IMG/VR virus record: IMGVR_UViG_3300044953_000102
Coordinates: 32,001 to 96,000 of that record
DNA length: 64,000 nucleotides
Strand: one strand, 5' to 3'
From: a virus
Shown here: one piece after another, positions 16,905-28,227 of the stretch
Numbering within the stretch: position 1 is the first letter of the stretch
Layout: every line of letters starts with the position of its first letter
Made by a program: the position numbers and the translations under genes
The notes under the pieces: model-generated
Seen by the model: only the letters and a program-made list of their open reading frames with translations
The model's database searches: none
What the model was told of the DNA's origin: nothing

Positions 16905-17731
16905 TTGTATTTAATGCAGATGATCATAGTTACAGAAGTCTTGATGACAGTAACATTGATTGGATAAGTGTTACTACACTAGTCTCTCATTTTAAAAAAC
17001 CTTTTGATGCTAAGAAAATAGCAGAAAAAGTAAGTAAAAAGAAAAATTCTAAATGGCATGGTATTGAGCCAAAATTGATTCAACAGATTTGGAATAATGA
17101 ATCTGAAAGATCACTAACACTTGGAACATGGTATCATAATCAAAGGGAAGCTGACTTATGTTCATTTGCATCTATGGAAAGAGAAGGTGTTACAGTACCT
17201 GTATTTAAACCATCAGAAGTTCAAAATGGTATTAAAGTTGCTCCTTCACAAAAATTAGAACCAGGCGTGTATCCAGAACATATGGTCTATTTAAGATCAG
17301 CAGGTATCTGTGGACAATCAGATTTAGTTGAAGTAGTCAATGGTAAAGTAAATATCATTGACTATAAGACTAATAAAAAGATTGATACTGAATCTTATGT
17401 TGACTGGGAAGGTAAATCTGAAAAAATGAATCCACCTTTAGATTCACTTGATGATTGTAATTTTTACCACTATGCATTACAGCTTAGTATATATATGTAT
17501 ATTATACTGAAGCACAATCCTAAATTAAAACCTGGAAGAATATTTATTCATCATATAGTTTTTGAAATAGAGAAAGAGGATGAGTGGGGATATCCGGTAA
17601 ATAAAACAGATGAGAATGGTGAGCCTATAGTAAAAGAAGTTAAGCCAATTTCAATACCTTACCTTGTGGATGAAGTACTTGCAATTTTTCATTATCTTCA
17701 TAATAACAAGAATAAAATTAAAAAGAAATGA
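16901..17731 (+). CDS. PD-(D/E)xK exonuclease
   Basis: SVTT, GTWYH, E..GQSDLV...IIDYKT, YALQLSIY; typical position upstream of TerL in crAss-like phages. Confidence 0.85.
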   Translation: MIVFNADDHSYRSLDDSNIDWISVTTLVSHFKKPFDAKKIAEKVSKKKNSKWHGIEPKLIQQIWNNESERSLTLGTWYHNQREADLCSFASMEREGVTVPVFKPSEVQNGIKVAPSQKLEPGVYPEHMVYLRSAGICGQSDLVEVVNGKVNIIDYKTNKKIDTESYVDWEGKSEKMNPPLDSLDDCNFYHYALQLSIYMYIILKHNPKLKPGRIFIHHIVFEIEKEDEWGYPVNKTDENGEPIVKEVKPISIPYLVDEVLAIFHYLHNNKNKIKKK

Positions 17732-18246
17732 TACTAACTAAACTATTTGATGTTCAGAATGGTGTTGTAATTCCAACAGAACATTGCTATACATTGAGAG
17801 CATTAAAAGATGTTATGGATGAATATCCTGAAGACTATCTTAAAATATATATGTATTTGTTTTATATGTGCTGCCCTAATCCGGATTTAAATCCTTTTTT
17901 CTTTACACCAGATATGGAAAAAGAGAATATGATTATGGATCAGATTGGAGCAGAGTTTTCTACTGAAGATGAAACAGTATTTAGAGCATTACAGTTTTGT
18001 CAGAAAATGTATGAAACACCTACATCTAGAGCATACAAAGGTATTGCAACTATGTTGGATAGATTGGGTAGATATATGGAAACTACACCTATTACACACG
18101 GTCGTGATGGTAATATGAACTCTCTTATTGCAGCAGCTAAAAACTATGAAGCAATAAGACAATCTTTTAAAGGTGCATATAAAGATTTACAGGAAGAACA
18201 ATCTAGTAGAGTAAGAGGTGGACAAGGATTAGCATATGATATGTAA
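17728..18246 (+). CDS. conserved protein upstream of TerL (possible small terminase)
   Basis: Helical 172 aa ending RGG...; translationally coupled to TerL. Confidence 0.55.
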   Translation: MILTKLFDVQNGVVIPTEHCYTLRALKDVMDEYPEDYLKIYMYLFYMCCPNPDLNPFFFTPDMEKENMIMDQIGAEFSTEDETVFRALQFCQKMYETPTSRAYKGIATMLDRLGRYMETTPITHGRDGNMNSLIAAAKNYEAIRQSFKGAYKDLQEEQSSRVRGGQGLAYDM

Positions 18247-20450
18247 TGAGTGAAATTTATCAAGACATACCGACTTATGATAATGAAACATGGACAACAA
18301 CAAGTTTTGAATCCAGAGAAGACTTCAGTAACTTCATTAGAGATCTATTCAAAGAACCAGGAAAGTATAACTTTAATGAAACAACAAATCAAGTATTCAT
18401 ATCGGAATCAGTTAAATTTAAAAAAGATGGAGTATACTGTACAGCTCCATTTAAATCCCTAGACTTTATAAATTACTGGGATGATCAAAAGACAAAATGC
18501 CGTAAGGGTATTATAGTTAAAGATGGAGATAATACATGGTTTGTTGCAAGAGAGTACTACATGTGGTTAAACTTTCTTCCAATCTTTGACAAAGAAATTC
18601 AACAGTTTGGTTTTGCTAAAATTAGAGATGCACAATATCACATGGCATTGTATGAACTATTAGCAGAACTAAATTATAAACATGCAGCTATTTTAAAGAA
18701 ACGTCAGATTGCTTCTTCATATTATCATATGGGTAAGTTTATAAATCAACAATGGTTTGAAGCAGGGGTAACATTAAAGATGGGTGCATCACTAAAAGAC
18801 TATATAAATGAAAAAGGGTCTTGGAAATTTTTACAAGAGTATGCAGCATTCTTAAATGAGCATACTGCTTGGTATAGACCAATGTCACCAGATAAAGTTA
18901 TGATGTGGCAACAAAAGATTGAAGTAAGAAAAGGAGATAGAAAAACTGAGGTTGGTCTTAAAGGAACTATACAAGGTATGTCATTTGAGAAAGATCCAAC
19001 AAATGGTGTAGGGGGTCCAGTTAAATACTTCTTTCATGAGGAGGCTGGGATTGCTCCTAAGATGGATCAGACATATGAGTATATGAGACCAGCAATGAGA
19101 TCAGGTCTCATCACTACGGGAATGTTTATAGCTGCAGGATCTGTGGGGGATTTATCCCAATGTCTTCCACTTAAAGATATGATACTAAACCCTACTGCAA
19201 AAGATATATATGCGGTAGAAACAGATCTTATGGATGATAAAGGTACTGTTGGTCTTTCTGGTTTATTTATTCCAGAACAATGGTCAATGCCACCATATAT
19301 TGATAAATATGGTAATTCACTTGTAGAAGAAGCAGTAGATGCTTTAGAAAAACAATTCAAACAATGGAGAGATGAACTTGCTCCAGAAGAATATCAGTTA
19401 AGAATTTCTCAGCATCCAAGAAATATAAAAGAAGCATTTGATCATAGAACAGTATCTGTATTCCCTCCACATCTTCTTGCAGCACAAGAAAGAAGAATAG
19501 AAGATAAAGAATATGGTTTTGAATTCTTAAATATTTCAGCAGATGCTGATGGTAGACCTGAAGTTACTAAAAGTAACAAAAGGCCTATCATAGAATTTCC
19601 AGTAAACAAAAAGACAGAAGATAAAACAGGATGTCTTGTTGTTTGGGAAAGACCCGTTAAGGATCCAAATTTTGGTGATTACTATGCATCTGTTGACCCT
19701 GTATCAGAGGGTAAAACAACAACATCAGAATCATTATGTTCTATATATGTGATGAAAGCACCTATTCAAGTAACTAGACATACTGGTTCAGAATCAGAAA
19801 CTTATATAGAACAAGGTAAAATTGTAGCAGCTTGGTGTGGTAGATATGATGATATTAATCAGACACATAAGCAACTAGAACTTATTATTGAATGGTATAA
19901 TGCTTGGACACTTGTAGAGAATAATATATCATTGTTTATTCAATACATGATATCTAGACGTAAGCAGAAATATCTTGTGCCAAAAAATCAAATCATGTTC
20001 TTAAAAGATCTTGGATCAAATAACAATGTATTCCAAGAATATGGGTGGAAAAATACGGGTACTTTATTTAAATCACATCTTCTTAGTTATGCCATAGAAT
20101 ATACTAAAGAAGAATTAGATCAAGAATTAAAATCTGATGGTACTGTTGTAAGAACAACATATGGTATTGAACGTATACCAGACCCTATGTTAATCAAAGA
20201 GATGAGAGAATATGCAGATGGGGTTAACGTGGATAGACTAGTTTCTTTTGCAGCTCTTGTTGCTTTTATGAAAATTCAAGAGTCAAATAGAGGATATAGT
20301 AAAAGAACAATAATGGATGAGACTGCTAAAAACTTGCAAAAGTCAGAAAATTTGTTTAAATTAAATAAGAGTCCGTTTAGACATATGGGCAGTAAAATGA
20401 GCAACACTACTGGTAGATTTAAAAAATCTGCATTTAAAAATATTAAATAA
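18246..20450 (+). CDS. terL: terminase large subunit
   Basis: LKKRQIASS (Walker A variant), FFHEEAG (Walker B), ASVDPV nuclease Asp, NVDR; followed by portal. Confidence 0.9.
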   Translation: MSEIYQDIPTYDNETWTTTSFESREDFSNFIRDLFKEPGKYNFNETTNQVFISESVKFKKDGVYCTAPFKSLDFINYWDDQKTKCRKGIIVKDGDNTWFVAREYYMWLNFLPIFDKEIQQFGFAKIRDAQYHMALYELLAELNYKHAAILKKRQIASSYYHMGKFINQQWFEAGVTLKMGASLKDYINEKGSWKFLQEYAAFLNEHTAWYRPMSPDKVMMWQQKIEVRKGDRKTEVGLKGTIQGMSFEKDPTNGVGGPVKYFFHEEAGIAPKMDQTYEYMRPAMRSGLITTGMFIAAGSVGDLSQCLPLKDMILNPTAKDIYAVETDLMDDKGTVGLSGLFIPEQWSMPPYIDKYGNSLVEEAVDALEKQFKQWRDELAPEEYQLRISQHPRNIKEAFDHRTVSVFPPHLLAAQERRIEDKEYGFEFLNISADADGRPEVTKSNKRPIIEFPVNKKTEDKTGCLVVWERPVKDPNFGDYYASVDPVSEGKTTTSESLCSIYVMKAPIQVTRHTGSESETYIEQGKIVAAWCGRYDDINQTHKQLELIIEWYNAWTLVENNISLFIQYMISRRKQKYLVPKNQIMFLKDLGSNNNVFQEYGWKNTGTLFKSHLLSYAIEYTKEELDQELKSDGTVVRTTYGIERIPDPMLIKEMREYADGVNVDRLVSFAALVAFMKIQESNRGYSKRTIMDETAKNLQKSENLFKLNKSPFRHMGSKMSNTTGRFKKSAFKNIK

Positions 20451-20456
20451 TAGGTT

Positions 20457-23204
20457 ATGCAAGTATACAACGCATTACAACTTAAAAAAGGAGCTAAGAC
20501 AGAACAAAATAGATTGGGTAGTATTACTCAGCCGTTGCAGTTTTTACCTAAAAAAGATAAAACAGAAGAGTGGGCTGCTTGGAACTTAGACTGGTTAGAA
20601 TGGCAAGGATTAAAACAAATCCGTAGAAATGCCAGAAGATTAATGAAAAACTACAAACTTGCAAAAGGTATTATTGATAGAACTGATTATATAATTGAAG
20701 AGGATAATGAATATAGAGATGTTGTAGAACTATTAACAAAAGAAGATGTATCTGCACTAGAATTAAAGTTCTATCCTATTATTCCAAATGTTGTTAATGT
20801 TTTAGTAGCAGAATTTGCTAAAAGATCAACAAGATTAACCTATAGAGCTGTTGATGATTTTTCATACAATGAAATGCTTGAACAAAAAAGAGCACAAGTA
20901 GAACAAACATTAATGGCTGATGCTGCTACAAAAATGTTAGCGGCTATGTTAGAACAAGGACTAGATCCTGGGTCAGAAGAAGCCCAACAACAACTTACAC
21001 CAGATAATTTAAAGACACTACCTGAAATAGAGCAATTCTTTAAAAAGGATTATAGATCTATGGTAGAACAATGGGCTGAACATCAACATAAAGTAGATGT
21101 TGAAAGATTTAGAATGGATGAACTTGAAGAAAGAGCATTTAGAGATATGCTTATTACAGATAGAGAGTTCTGGCATTTTTATATGATGGAAGATGATTAC
21201 CAAGTAGAACTCTGGAATCCGGTGCTTACATTCTATCACAAATCTCCAGATATTAGATACATATCACAAGGTAACTGGGTAGGTAAAACAGATATGTTTA
21301 CTGTATCAGATGTTATTGATAAGTTTGGACATGTACTTACTGAAGAACAACATAGAGCACTTGAATCAGTATATCCAATTAGATCTGCTGCTTATAACAT
21401 TGGTGGTTTACAAAATGATGGAAGTTTTTATGATGGAACTAAAACACATGACTGGAATGTCAATATGCCATCTTTAGCATACAGACAGTATACATCATTT
21501 ATGGCAGGTAATATTTTTGATGGTTCAGATATTATTGCACAGATACTTGCCGAAGGTGAAGATTACTATGATCAGGGTACAGCATACTTGTTAAGAGTAA
21601 CAACAGCATACTGGAAATCTCAAAAGAAAATTGGTCACTTAACTAAAATATCAGAAGAAGGTGAAGTAACTAATGAAATTATTTCTGAAGATTATAGAAT
21701 TACAGATAAGCCAATTTATGATACTAGACTCTTTAAAAATAAAACAAAAGATAATTTACTCTTTGGAGAACATATTGATTGGATTTGGATTAATGAGGTT
21801 TGGGGTGGAATTAAAATAGGACCAAATGTACCATCATTCTGGGGTATGAATAATCCAGGTGGATTTTCTCCTATATACATTGGAGTAAATAGAAATCATA
21901 TTGGACCAGTTAAATTTCAATTTAAAGGAGAAGCAAATCTATATGGATGTAAACTTCCGGTAGAAGGTTCTGTATTCTCAGATAGAAATACTAAGTCTAC
22001 TGCACTTATTGATTTAATGAAGCCATATCAGATTGGATATAATATTGTAAATAACCAGATTGCAGATATCTTAGTAGATGAGCTTGGTACTGTAATCATG
22101 CTTGATCAAAACTCATTACCTAGACATTCATTAGGAGAAGATTGGGGTAAAGGTAATTTAGCTAAAGCATATGTTGCAATGAAGAACTTCCAGATGTTAC
22201 CTTTGGATACTTCAATTACAAATACAGAAAATGCATTAAACTTCTCTCATTTCCAAAAACTTGACTTAGAACAGACTAATAGACTTATGTCAAGGATTAA
22301 CCTTGCAAACTATTTTAAACAGCAAGCATATGAAGTTATAGGTGTAAATCCACAAAGAATGGGACAACAACTATCACAGACTACTGCTACTGGAGTAGAG
22401 CAAGCAATGCAAGCATCTTATGCTCAAACAGAAACTTACTTTATTCAACACTGTGATTATTTAATGCCAAGAGTACATGAAATGAGAACTGACTTAGCTC
22501 AGTATTATCATTCTACAAAACCTTCAGCAAGATTAACATATGTAACATCTGCAGATGAAAAAGTAAACTTTGAAATTAATGGAACAGATCTTTTACTTAG
22601 AGATCTTAATATTGCTATAAGTACTAATGCAAATCACAGAGCTATTCTAGAGCAGTTAAAAAAAATGGCTATTCAGAATAATACAACAGGGGCTTCTATA
22701 TATGACTTAGGTAAAATTGTACAATCTGACTCTATTGCTTCTCTTAACAGTGTTCTTAAAGATTCTGAACAAAAACAACAGCAGATGAAACAACAGGAGA
22801 TGCAGCAACAACAGCAAATGCAACAAGAACAACTTCAAAAACAACAAGAGATTGAACAAATGAAGATTGATTCAACTGCTGCTGAGAAAGAAAAAGATAG
22901 ACAAAGAGATATTCTAGTTGCAGAAATTAGAGCTGCTGGCTACGGATCTATGGCAGATGTTGATCAAAATCAAATGTCTGACTATAGAGATGCTATGAAA
23001 GATATTCGTGAAACAGAACAATATCAAGAACAAACTGGACTTCAAAGAGAAAAAGAAGTAAATAGAATGACTATTGAAAATCAAAAAACTCAGTTAGAAC
23101 GTGAGAAAATACAAGCACAGAAACAAATTGCAGATAGACAATTACAAATTGCACAAGAAAATAAAAACAAATTTGATGTAAAACCTCCTAAAGAAAATAA
23201 GTAG
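20457..23204 (+). CDS. portal protein
   Basis: 915 aa after TerL, LIDLMKPYQ..YNI, C-terminal Q-rich coiled coil; crAss-like synteny. Confidence 0.85.
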   Translation: MQVYNALQLKKGAKTEQNRLGSITQPLQFLPKKDKTEEWAAWNLDWLEWQGLKQIRRNARRLMKNYKLAKGIIDRTDYIIEEDNEYRDVVELLTKEDVSALELKFYPIIPNVVNVLVAEFAKRSTRLTYRAVDDFSYNEMLEQKRAQVEQTLMADAATKMLAAMLEQGLDPGSEEAQQQLTPDNLKTLPEIEQFFKKDYRSMVEQWAEHQHKVDVERFRMDELEERAFRDMLITDREFWHFYMMEDDYQVELWNPVLTFYHKSPDIRYISQGNWVGKTDMFTVSDVIDKFGHVLTEEQHRALESVYPIRSAAYNIGGLQNDGSFYDGTKTHDWNVNMPSLAYRQYTSFMAGNIFDGSDIIAQILAEGEDYYDQGTAYLLRVTTAYWKSQKKIGHLTKISEEGEVTNEIISEDYRITDKPIYDTRLFKNKTKDNLLFGEHIDWIWINEVWGGIKIGPNVPSFWGMNNPGGFSPIYIGVNRNHIGPVKFQFKGEANLYGCKLPVEGSVFSDRNTKSTALIDLMKPYQIGYNIVNNQIADILVDELGTVIMLDQNSLPRHSLGEDWGKGNLAKAYVAMKNFQMLPLDTSITNTENALNFSHFQKLDLEQTNRLMSRINLANYFKQQAYEVIGVNPQRMGQQLSQTTATGVEQAMQASYAQTETYFIQHCDYLMPRVHEMRTDLAQYYHSTKPSARLTYVTSADEKVNFEINGTDLLLRDLNIAISTNANHRAILEQLKKMAIQNNTTGASIYDLGKIVQSDSIASLNSVLKDSEQKQQQMKQQEMQQQQQMQQEQLQKQQEIEQMKIDSTAAEKEKDRQRDILVAEIRAAGYGSMADVDQNQMSDYRDAMKDIRETEQYQEQTGLQREKEVNRMTIENQKTQLEREKIQAQKQIADRQLQIAQENKNKFDVKPPKENK

Positions 23205-23292
23205 TTAGCCATATATTACAAAATTTTTTTTGCAGAGTTTTAAATTTTTGAAGTTTATTTTATATATTGATATATAAACAAAAACCAACAGA

Positions 23293-24549
23293 ATGGAAAC
23301 AACCAACACAAATCCTGAAAATCAGGTCCAAGATTCTACAACGGTAGAACAGGTAGATGTAAATATTGATGCCCTCTTTGGAATGCCTGGAGCAGAGAAT
23401 GTAATGCTCCCTGCAGAAGAAGAAAAACCTAAATCAGTGTTTCATAAAGAAACAGTTGATACATCGTTCTTTGACAACCCTACTGCTTCACCAGAAGAAA
23501 GACAACAAGAGCAAGAAAAGAAAATTGAAGTTCAAGAAACAATTAATGAACTAGATAATCTAATTGCTCAAGAAGAAGAAGCCGGTAATAAAGGAAGACC
23601 AAAGGTTGATAAATCAGGTCTTGCAGAGTTAGCACAGAAAATGATTGAGGATGGGTCTTTAGTACCTTTTGATGATGATAAACCATTAGAAGAATATACT
23701 ACAAAAGATTTTCGTGAACTCTTTGAAGCAAATTTTCAAGAAAGAGAAAATCAAATAAGAAGAGATACTCCAAGAGAATTTTTTGAAGCATTACCAGAAG
23801 AACTTCAAGTTGCTGCTAAATATGTAGCTGATGGAGGACAAGATTTGAAAGGTCTATTTAGAACTCTAGCTTATGTAGAGGAAATGAGACAACTTGATCC
23901 TGCTGATGAATATGATCAAGCAGAAATTGCAAGACAATATTTACATGCTACAAACTTTGGTACTCCAGAAGAAATTGAACAAGAGATTCAAGACTGGAGA
24001 GATTTAAACCGACTTGAACAAAAAGCTAATCAGTTTAAACCAAAGTTGGATGCAATGCAAGAAGAAATTGTTGCAAGACAACTAGCAGAACAAGAGCATA
24101 GAAGAAATATGCAAGCAGAACAAGCTAAAGCATATCAAGAAAATGTGTATAGTACACTTGCTGCAGGAACAATTGGTGGATTAAAACTAGATAAAAAAGT
24201 ACAAGGTCTTTTATTTTCTGGATTAGTTCAACCTAATTATCCTTCTATCTCTGGTAAACCTACAAACTTACTAGGCCACCTTTTAGAGAAATATCAGTTT
24301 GTAGAACCAAGACATGACCTTATTGCTGAAGCACTTTGGTTACTTGCAGATCCAAATGGATATAAGAATAGAGTAAGAGAACAAGGATCAAGACAAGCAG
24401 TAGAAAAAACTGTAAGACAATTGAAAACAGAGGAGTCTAGAAAGATTGCTTCTTCAACAAATACATTGTATGATGATGAACCAAGAAGAACACCTTCTAG
24501 ATCTGAACCTAGAAAATTGTCAAAAAACAGTATGTTTAAAAGATTTTAA
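23293..24549 (+). CDS. putative scaffold/assembly protein
   Basis: Acidic helical protein between portal and MCP. Confidence 0.6.
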   Translation: METTNTNPENQVQDSTTVEQVDVNIDALFGMPGAENVMLPAEEEKPKSVFHKETVDTSFFDNPTASPEERQQEQEKKIEVQETINELDNLIAQEEEAGNKGRPKVDKSGLAELAQKMIEDGSLVPFDDDKPLEEYTTKDFRELFEANFQERENQIRRDTPREFFEALPEELQVAAKYVADGGQDLKGLFRTLAYVEEMRQLDPADEYDQAEIARQYLHATNFGTPEEIEQEIQDWRDLNRLEQKANQFKPKLDAMQEEIVARQLAEQEHRRNMQAEQAKAYQENVYSTLAAGTIGGLKLDKKVQGLLFSGLVQPNYPSISGKPTNLLGHLLEKYQFVEPRHDLIAEALWLLADPNGYKNRVREQGSRQAVEKTVRQLKTEESRKIASSTNTLYDDEPRRTPSRSEPRKLSKNSMFKRF

Positions 24550-24578
24550 ATTAAGTAACAAATAAAACAAATATAAAA

Positions 24579-26195
24579 ATGGCAACTCCAGTTTTAAACA
24601 ATGGTATCTTTCTACGGGATACAGCCTACCAGGCAAGCTCACACGTAGACTCCTACCACTTGGTTAACATGTTGAAGGATGCAGAACCAATGGACCTTGG
24701 TCCAGTAGACCTATGGGCTATGGCTCAGAAGGTGGAAATGCCCCTTTACCAAATGTCTAGCTTTGGTGGTAAGAATGTAATCATGGTGGATAACCACCGA
24801 GGAGAATATAGATGGCAGACTCCTGTATCTATTGATCTTCCATACATTGTTGAGGATATTGAACCTCAAGCAGCTTACAGAGGTACTGATGGATCTACCT
24901 TCCGTATCAAAATCAACAGACGTGAATTTGGACATGGTGATATCATCACTTATCACAAATATAACGGAGTTGAGATGTACATCACTGACGAGGATATCCT
25001 TCCTGTAGGTGACGGTTATATCTATACTGTACAGTTGGTAAACAACGATAACTACAAGTATCTAGATGCAAAATATCTTACTAATGGTACTAAAATCTTC
25101 CGTAAGGGTTCTGCCCGTGGGGAGTATGGTGAAAGATTCTCTGACATCACAACAAGAACTGGTTTCCGTGAATTCTACAACTTTGTAGGAGGTGCTGAAG
25201 CTCACGTACATTATTCTATCTCTTCTCGTGCAGACTTGATGATCAAAGGTGGAATGAATGCAGATGGTACAGTTCCTGTAACTGAGATCTGGAGAACTTT
25301 TGACAAAGGTATGGATCCTTCTATTTCTTCATTAGAAGATATGGTTAAAGTAATGGGTAAAGATAAAGTTAAACGTGCATTTGACAATGGTGACTTATCT
25401 AGAACATTCTTGACTCAAATGGAAGCTGCACACTTAAGTAAAGTTGCAAGTGACATTGAGACCTACTTAATGTGGGGACAAGGAGGTCGTGTACGTCAAG
25501 ATGGACCAGATGACATTAGATTATCTGTGGGTCTTTGGAGACAGTTAGATAACTCATTTAAAAGAGTATATAACAAAAATAACTTTACACTTGATTTGTT
25601 CCGTGGAGAAATCTACAACTTCTTCAATGGTAAGGTTGAGTTCCAAGGTCCAGATCCAAAAAGATCTCTAGTAGTTCAAACTGGTATGGGTGGAATGAGA
25701 ATGGTAAATGAAGCTATCAAAAGAGAAGCTGTTGCTTCTGGTCTATTGATTCAGGCTGCTGATATTGGTGCTATCACTGGTAAAGGTATGGACTTGAACT
25801 TTGGATTTGCTTATACTTCATATGTAATTCCATTCTTGGCAAATGTTAAGTTTGTTCTTAACTCAGCATTTGACAATGTTCATACAAATGATATTGAGAA
25901 CCCAATCATTGATGGTTTCCCATTATCTTCTTATAGCTTTATCATCTTTGATATCACTGATAACACTAATGACAATATCTACTTATTGAAATTGTCTTGG
26001 GATAATCAATTGAAGTGGTGGTATCAAAATGGTACTATGGATTACATGGGACGTACCCAAGGATTCCAGTCTTCTGGTCAATTCAACGGATACCGTGTAA
26101 TGATGTCTCAAACAATGCCTGCAATTTGGGTAAAAGACCCAACTAAGGTATTGAAGATTGTTATGAGAAACCCAGTAACCGGTGGTTCATTCTAA
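24579..26195 (+). CDS. major capsid protein
   Basis: 538 aa, highly expressed-type codon bias, followed by a strong terminator; position in the TerL-portal-scaffold-MCP block. Confidence 0.85.
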   Translation: MATPVLNNGIFLRDTAYQASSHVDSYHLVNMLKDAEPMDLGPVDLWAMAQKVEMPLYQMSSFGGKNVIMVDNHRGEYRWQTPVSIDLPYIVEDIEPQAAYRGTDGSTFRIKINRREFGHGDIITYHKYNGVEMYITDEDILPVGDGYIYTVQLVNNDNYKYLDAKYLTNGTKIFRKGSARGEYGERFSDITTRTGFREFYNFVGGAEAHVHYSISSRADLMIKGGMNADGTVPVTEIWRTFDKGMDPSISSLEDMVKVMGKDKVKRAFDNGDLSRTFLTQMEAAHLSKVASDIETYLMWGQGGRVRQDGPDDIRLSVGLWRQLDNSFKRVYNKNNFTLDLFRGEIYNFFNGKVEFQGPDPKRSLVVQTGMGGMRMVNEAIKREAVASGLLIQAADIGAITGKGMDLNFGFAYTSYVIPFLANVKFVLNSAFDNVHTNDIENPIIDGFPLSSYSFIIFDITDNTNDNIYLLKLSWDNQLKWWYQNGTMDYMGRTQGFQSSGQFNGYRVMMSQTMPAIWVKDPTKVLKIVMRNPVTGGSF

Positions 26196-26211
26196 TCTAT
26201 CATATATAATA

Positions 26212-26244
26212 AAAAAGGGAGGGGGTAACTCCTCCCTCTTTTTT
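26212..26244 (+). terminator. intrinsic terminator
   Basis: AGGGAGGGG-gtaa-CTCCTCCCT-CTTTTTT. Confidence 0.85.
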
Positions 26245-26288
26245 AAAAAGTAATTTAATAACCAACAAAAATAAAAACCAACAAAAAC

Positions 26289-27311
26289 ATGGAAACAACA
26301 GGATTTACAATGGTAGAAGTAGGGGTAGGCAGCATTAAAAAAACATCACTTGCTGTTAGACCTTACTTTGATAAACAAGCAACTAATATGGGGCTTGAAG
26401 AATATGGAATGAGTCTCTTTGATGGAGTAACTCATAATGAGCAACTTGCATGCTTAGAATTAAATGGAGTAATTAGATATATCACAGGTTTAAATGAATT
26501 TGCACCTGAGATTAAATTACTTGACTCAGAAGTAAGAGAAGCAAGAATCAGAGAAATTAGAACTTCAATTGCAGAACTTGAAAAAGAACTTGCTGCAAAT
26601 TTTATTGAAATTGATGATAAAGATTTTTGGAATAAAGTAAAATTACTAAAACCTGATAATAAAGAGTTTTGGAATAAAATTGAGATATCATGTGGTAATG
26701 AACCATTATATTTAGATCCAACTAAACCATTTGATAAAATAAAACTTCATGCAATTGAGGCAGGTGGTTTTCCAATGATAGCAAAAAGTTATGAAGATGC
26801 CAGAGCAAAAGCAGTACCACCTAAGTTTTATCTAGATAAAGAAGAAGAAACTGTAATGGCAAGAACTGAATACAAAAAGATGCGTAACAAAGCACTTTCA
26901 GAACTTCAGAAACTATATGATAAAAACAGTACTAAACTATTCTATGTTGCTAAAGTAGTAGATGCAAATAGTTCTCAGTACAGAAAATCAACTCCACTAG
27001 ATATTATTTATGAGAATATGGATAAATATATTTCTGGAGAAGGAGCTGAGTCAAACAAAGAAAGAGCTTCAAGAACATTCCTTGATGCAGTAAATTTAGA
27101 TATGGAATCATTAAAAATTAAATCAATTGTACGAGATTCCGTATTTTTTAAGTATATTATTAATAAGCCGGATGGATATATTTACCATGCTAAAACAAAT
27201 GCTTTACTTGGTAGAAATGTATCTGATGTAATTGAACACTTAAAAAATCCTTTGAATGAGGATATTTTAAAAGATTTAATTGCATCCTGTGAAAAATATT
27301 GGAACACTTAA
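26289..27311 (+). CDS. conserved crAss-like protein downstream of MCP
   Basis: 340 aa, synteny. Confidence 0.65.
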   Translation: METTGFTMVEVGVGSIKKTSLAVRPYFDKQATNMGLEEYGMSLFDGVTHNEQLACLELNGVIRYITGLNEFAPEIKLLDSEVREARIREIRTSIAELEKELAANFIEIDDKDFWNKVKLLKPDNKEFWNKIEISCGNEPLYLDPTKPFDKIKLHAIEAGGFPMIAKSYEDARAKAVPPKFYLDKEEETVMARTEYKKMRNKALSELQKLYDKNSTKLFYVAKVVDANSSQYRKSTPLDIIYENMDKYISGEGAESNKERASRTFLDAVNLDMESLKIKSIVRDSVFFKYIINKPDGYIYHAKTNALLGRNVSDVIEHLKNPLNEDILKDLIASCEKYWNT

Positions 27312-27322
27312 AATTAAATAAC

Positions 27323-27520
27323 ATGAAAGCAAAAATGCCAATGGTAACAAAAGACGGTAAACAAATACCAGCTTTTGCTGCAGATGGAAAAGGTAAAATG
27401 AAAATGGGTGGAGCTAAAAAACCAAAGATGATGGCTGGTGGTGCTAAACCAAAAGCTATGTATGGTACTGCTATGAAACCTAGTATGATGAAAAAAGGTG
27501 GAGCTAAAAAAATGAAATAA
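27323..27520 (+). CDS. small Lys/Met/Gly-rich basic protein
   Basis: MKAKMPM...MKMGG, MMAGG, AMYG, MKKGG repeats; likely start 27323. Confidence 0.65.
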   Translation: MKAKMPMVTKDGKQIPAFAADGKGKMKMGGAKKPKMMAGGAKPKAMYGTAMKPSMMKKGGAKKMK

Positions 27521-27717
27521 TGGCCACTAAGAAGACAACTAAAAGCAAAGTAAACCAGGCTGGTGTTTATACTAAGCCTGGTATGCGTAAGTCTTTGTTT
27601 GAAAGAATTAAAGCTGGTACAAAGGGAGGAGATCCTGGAGAATGGTCTGCAAGAAAAGCACAACTTTTAGCTAAAGAATATAAGTCTAAGGGTGGTGGTT
27701 ATAAAACTAAGAAGTAA
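27520..27717 (+). CDS. small basic protein (DUF5872-like N-half)
   Basis: YTKPGMR...IKAGTKGGDPGEWSARKAQLLAKEYKSKGGGY. Confidence 0.7.
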   Translation: MATKKTTKSKVNQAGVYTKPGMRKSLFERIKAGTKGGDPGEWSARKAQLLAKEYKSKGGGYKTKK

Positions 27718-27983
27718 TGGCTAAAGATCCTCAGCAAAGTTTAAGAGATTGGTCAGCACAAAAGTGGATGACATCTGGAACTTATGCAAATAAGAAGAAA
27801 GGTTCTTCTAAAGAGGTAAAGTCAAAAGGTAAAAAAAGGTATTTACCTGAAGCTGCTTGGGGTTCTTTATCAGCAGGAGAAAAAGCAGCTACAAATAAAG
27901 CAAAGGCTAAAGGTAATAGTAAAGGAAAACAATTTGTTAAACAGCCAAAGGGTATAGCCCAAAAAGCAGCAAGATTTAGATAG
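27717..27983 (+). CDS. small basic protein (DUF5872-like C-half)
   Basis: QQSLRDWSAQKW...RYLPEAAW..LS..EKAATN.AK..G..KGKQFVKQP. Confidence 0.7.
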   Translation: MAKDPQQSLRDWSAQKWMTSGTYANKKKGSSKEVKSKGKKRYLPEAAWGSLSAGEKAATNKAKAKGNSKGKQFVKQPKGIAQKAARFR

Positions 27984-27985
27984 TT

Positions 27986-28225
27986 ATGGCAATTAAAAAA
28001 ACAACAACAAAATCAACACCAGCTAAGAAAAGTTCTTCAGTTGGTATTTCTATTTTTGGTGGTAACAAAGCAGAAATGAGAAAATGGGAAGTTGAATCTG
28101 CTATGTCTACATTACAAAGAGCTTCTGAGATTCAGAAGAATGCAAAGTTAATGGCAGATGTAAAAAAGATGGCAGCTGAGAAAGCAAAAGAATTTAACAG
28201 TATTGCATCTGGTAAAAAGATTTAA
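27986..28225 (+). CDS. small basic protein
   Basis: 79 aa, Lys-rich N-terminus. Confidence 0.65.
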   Translation: MAIKKTTTKSTPAKKSSSVGISIFGGNKAEMRKWEVESAMSTLQRASEIQKNAKLMADVKKMAAEKAKEFNSIASGKKI

Positions 28226-28227
28226 TA

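Noticed and set aside
18246-20450. Intein or intron in TerL
   Set aside because: Continuous ORF of ordinary crAss-like size; no C...HN intein ends or LAGLIDADG motifs seen
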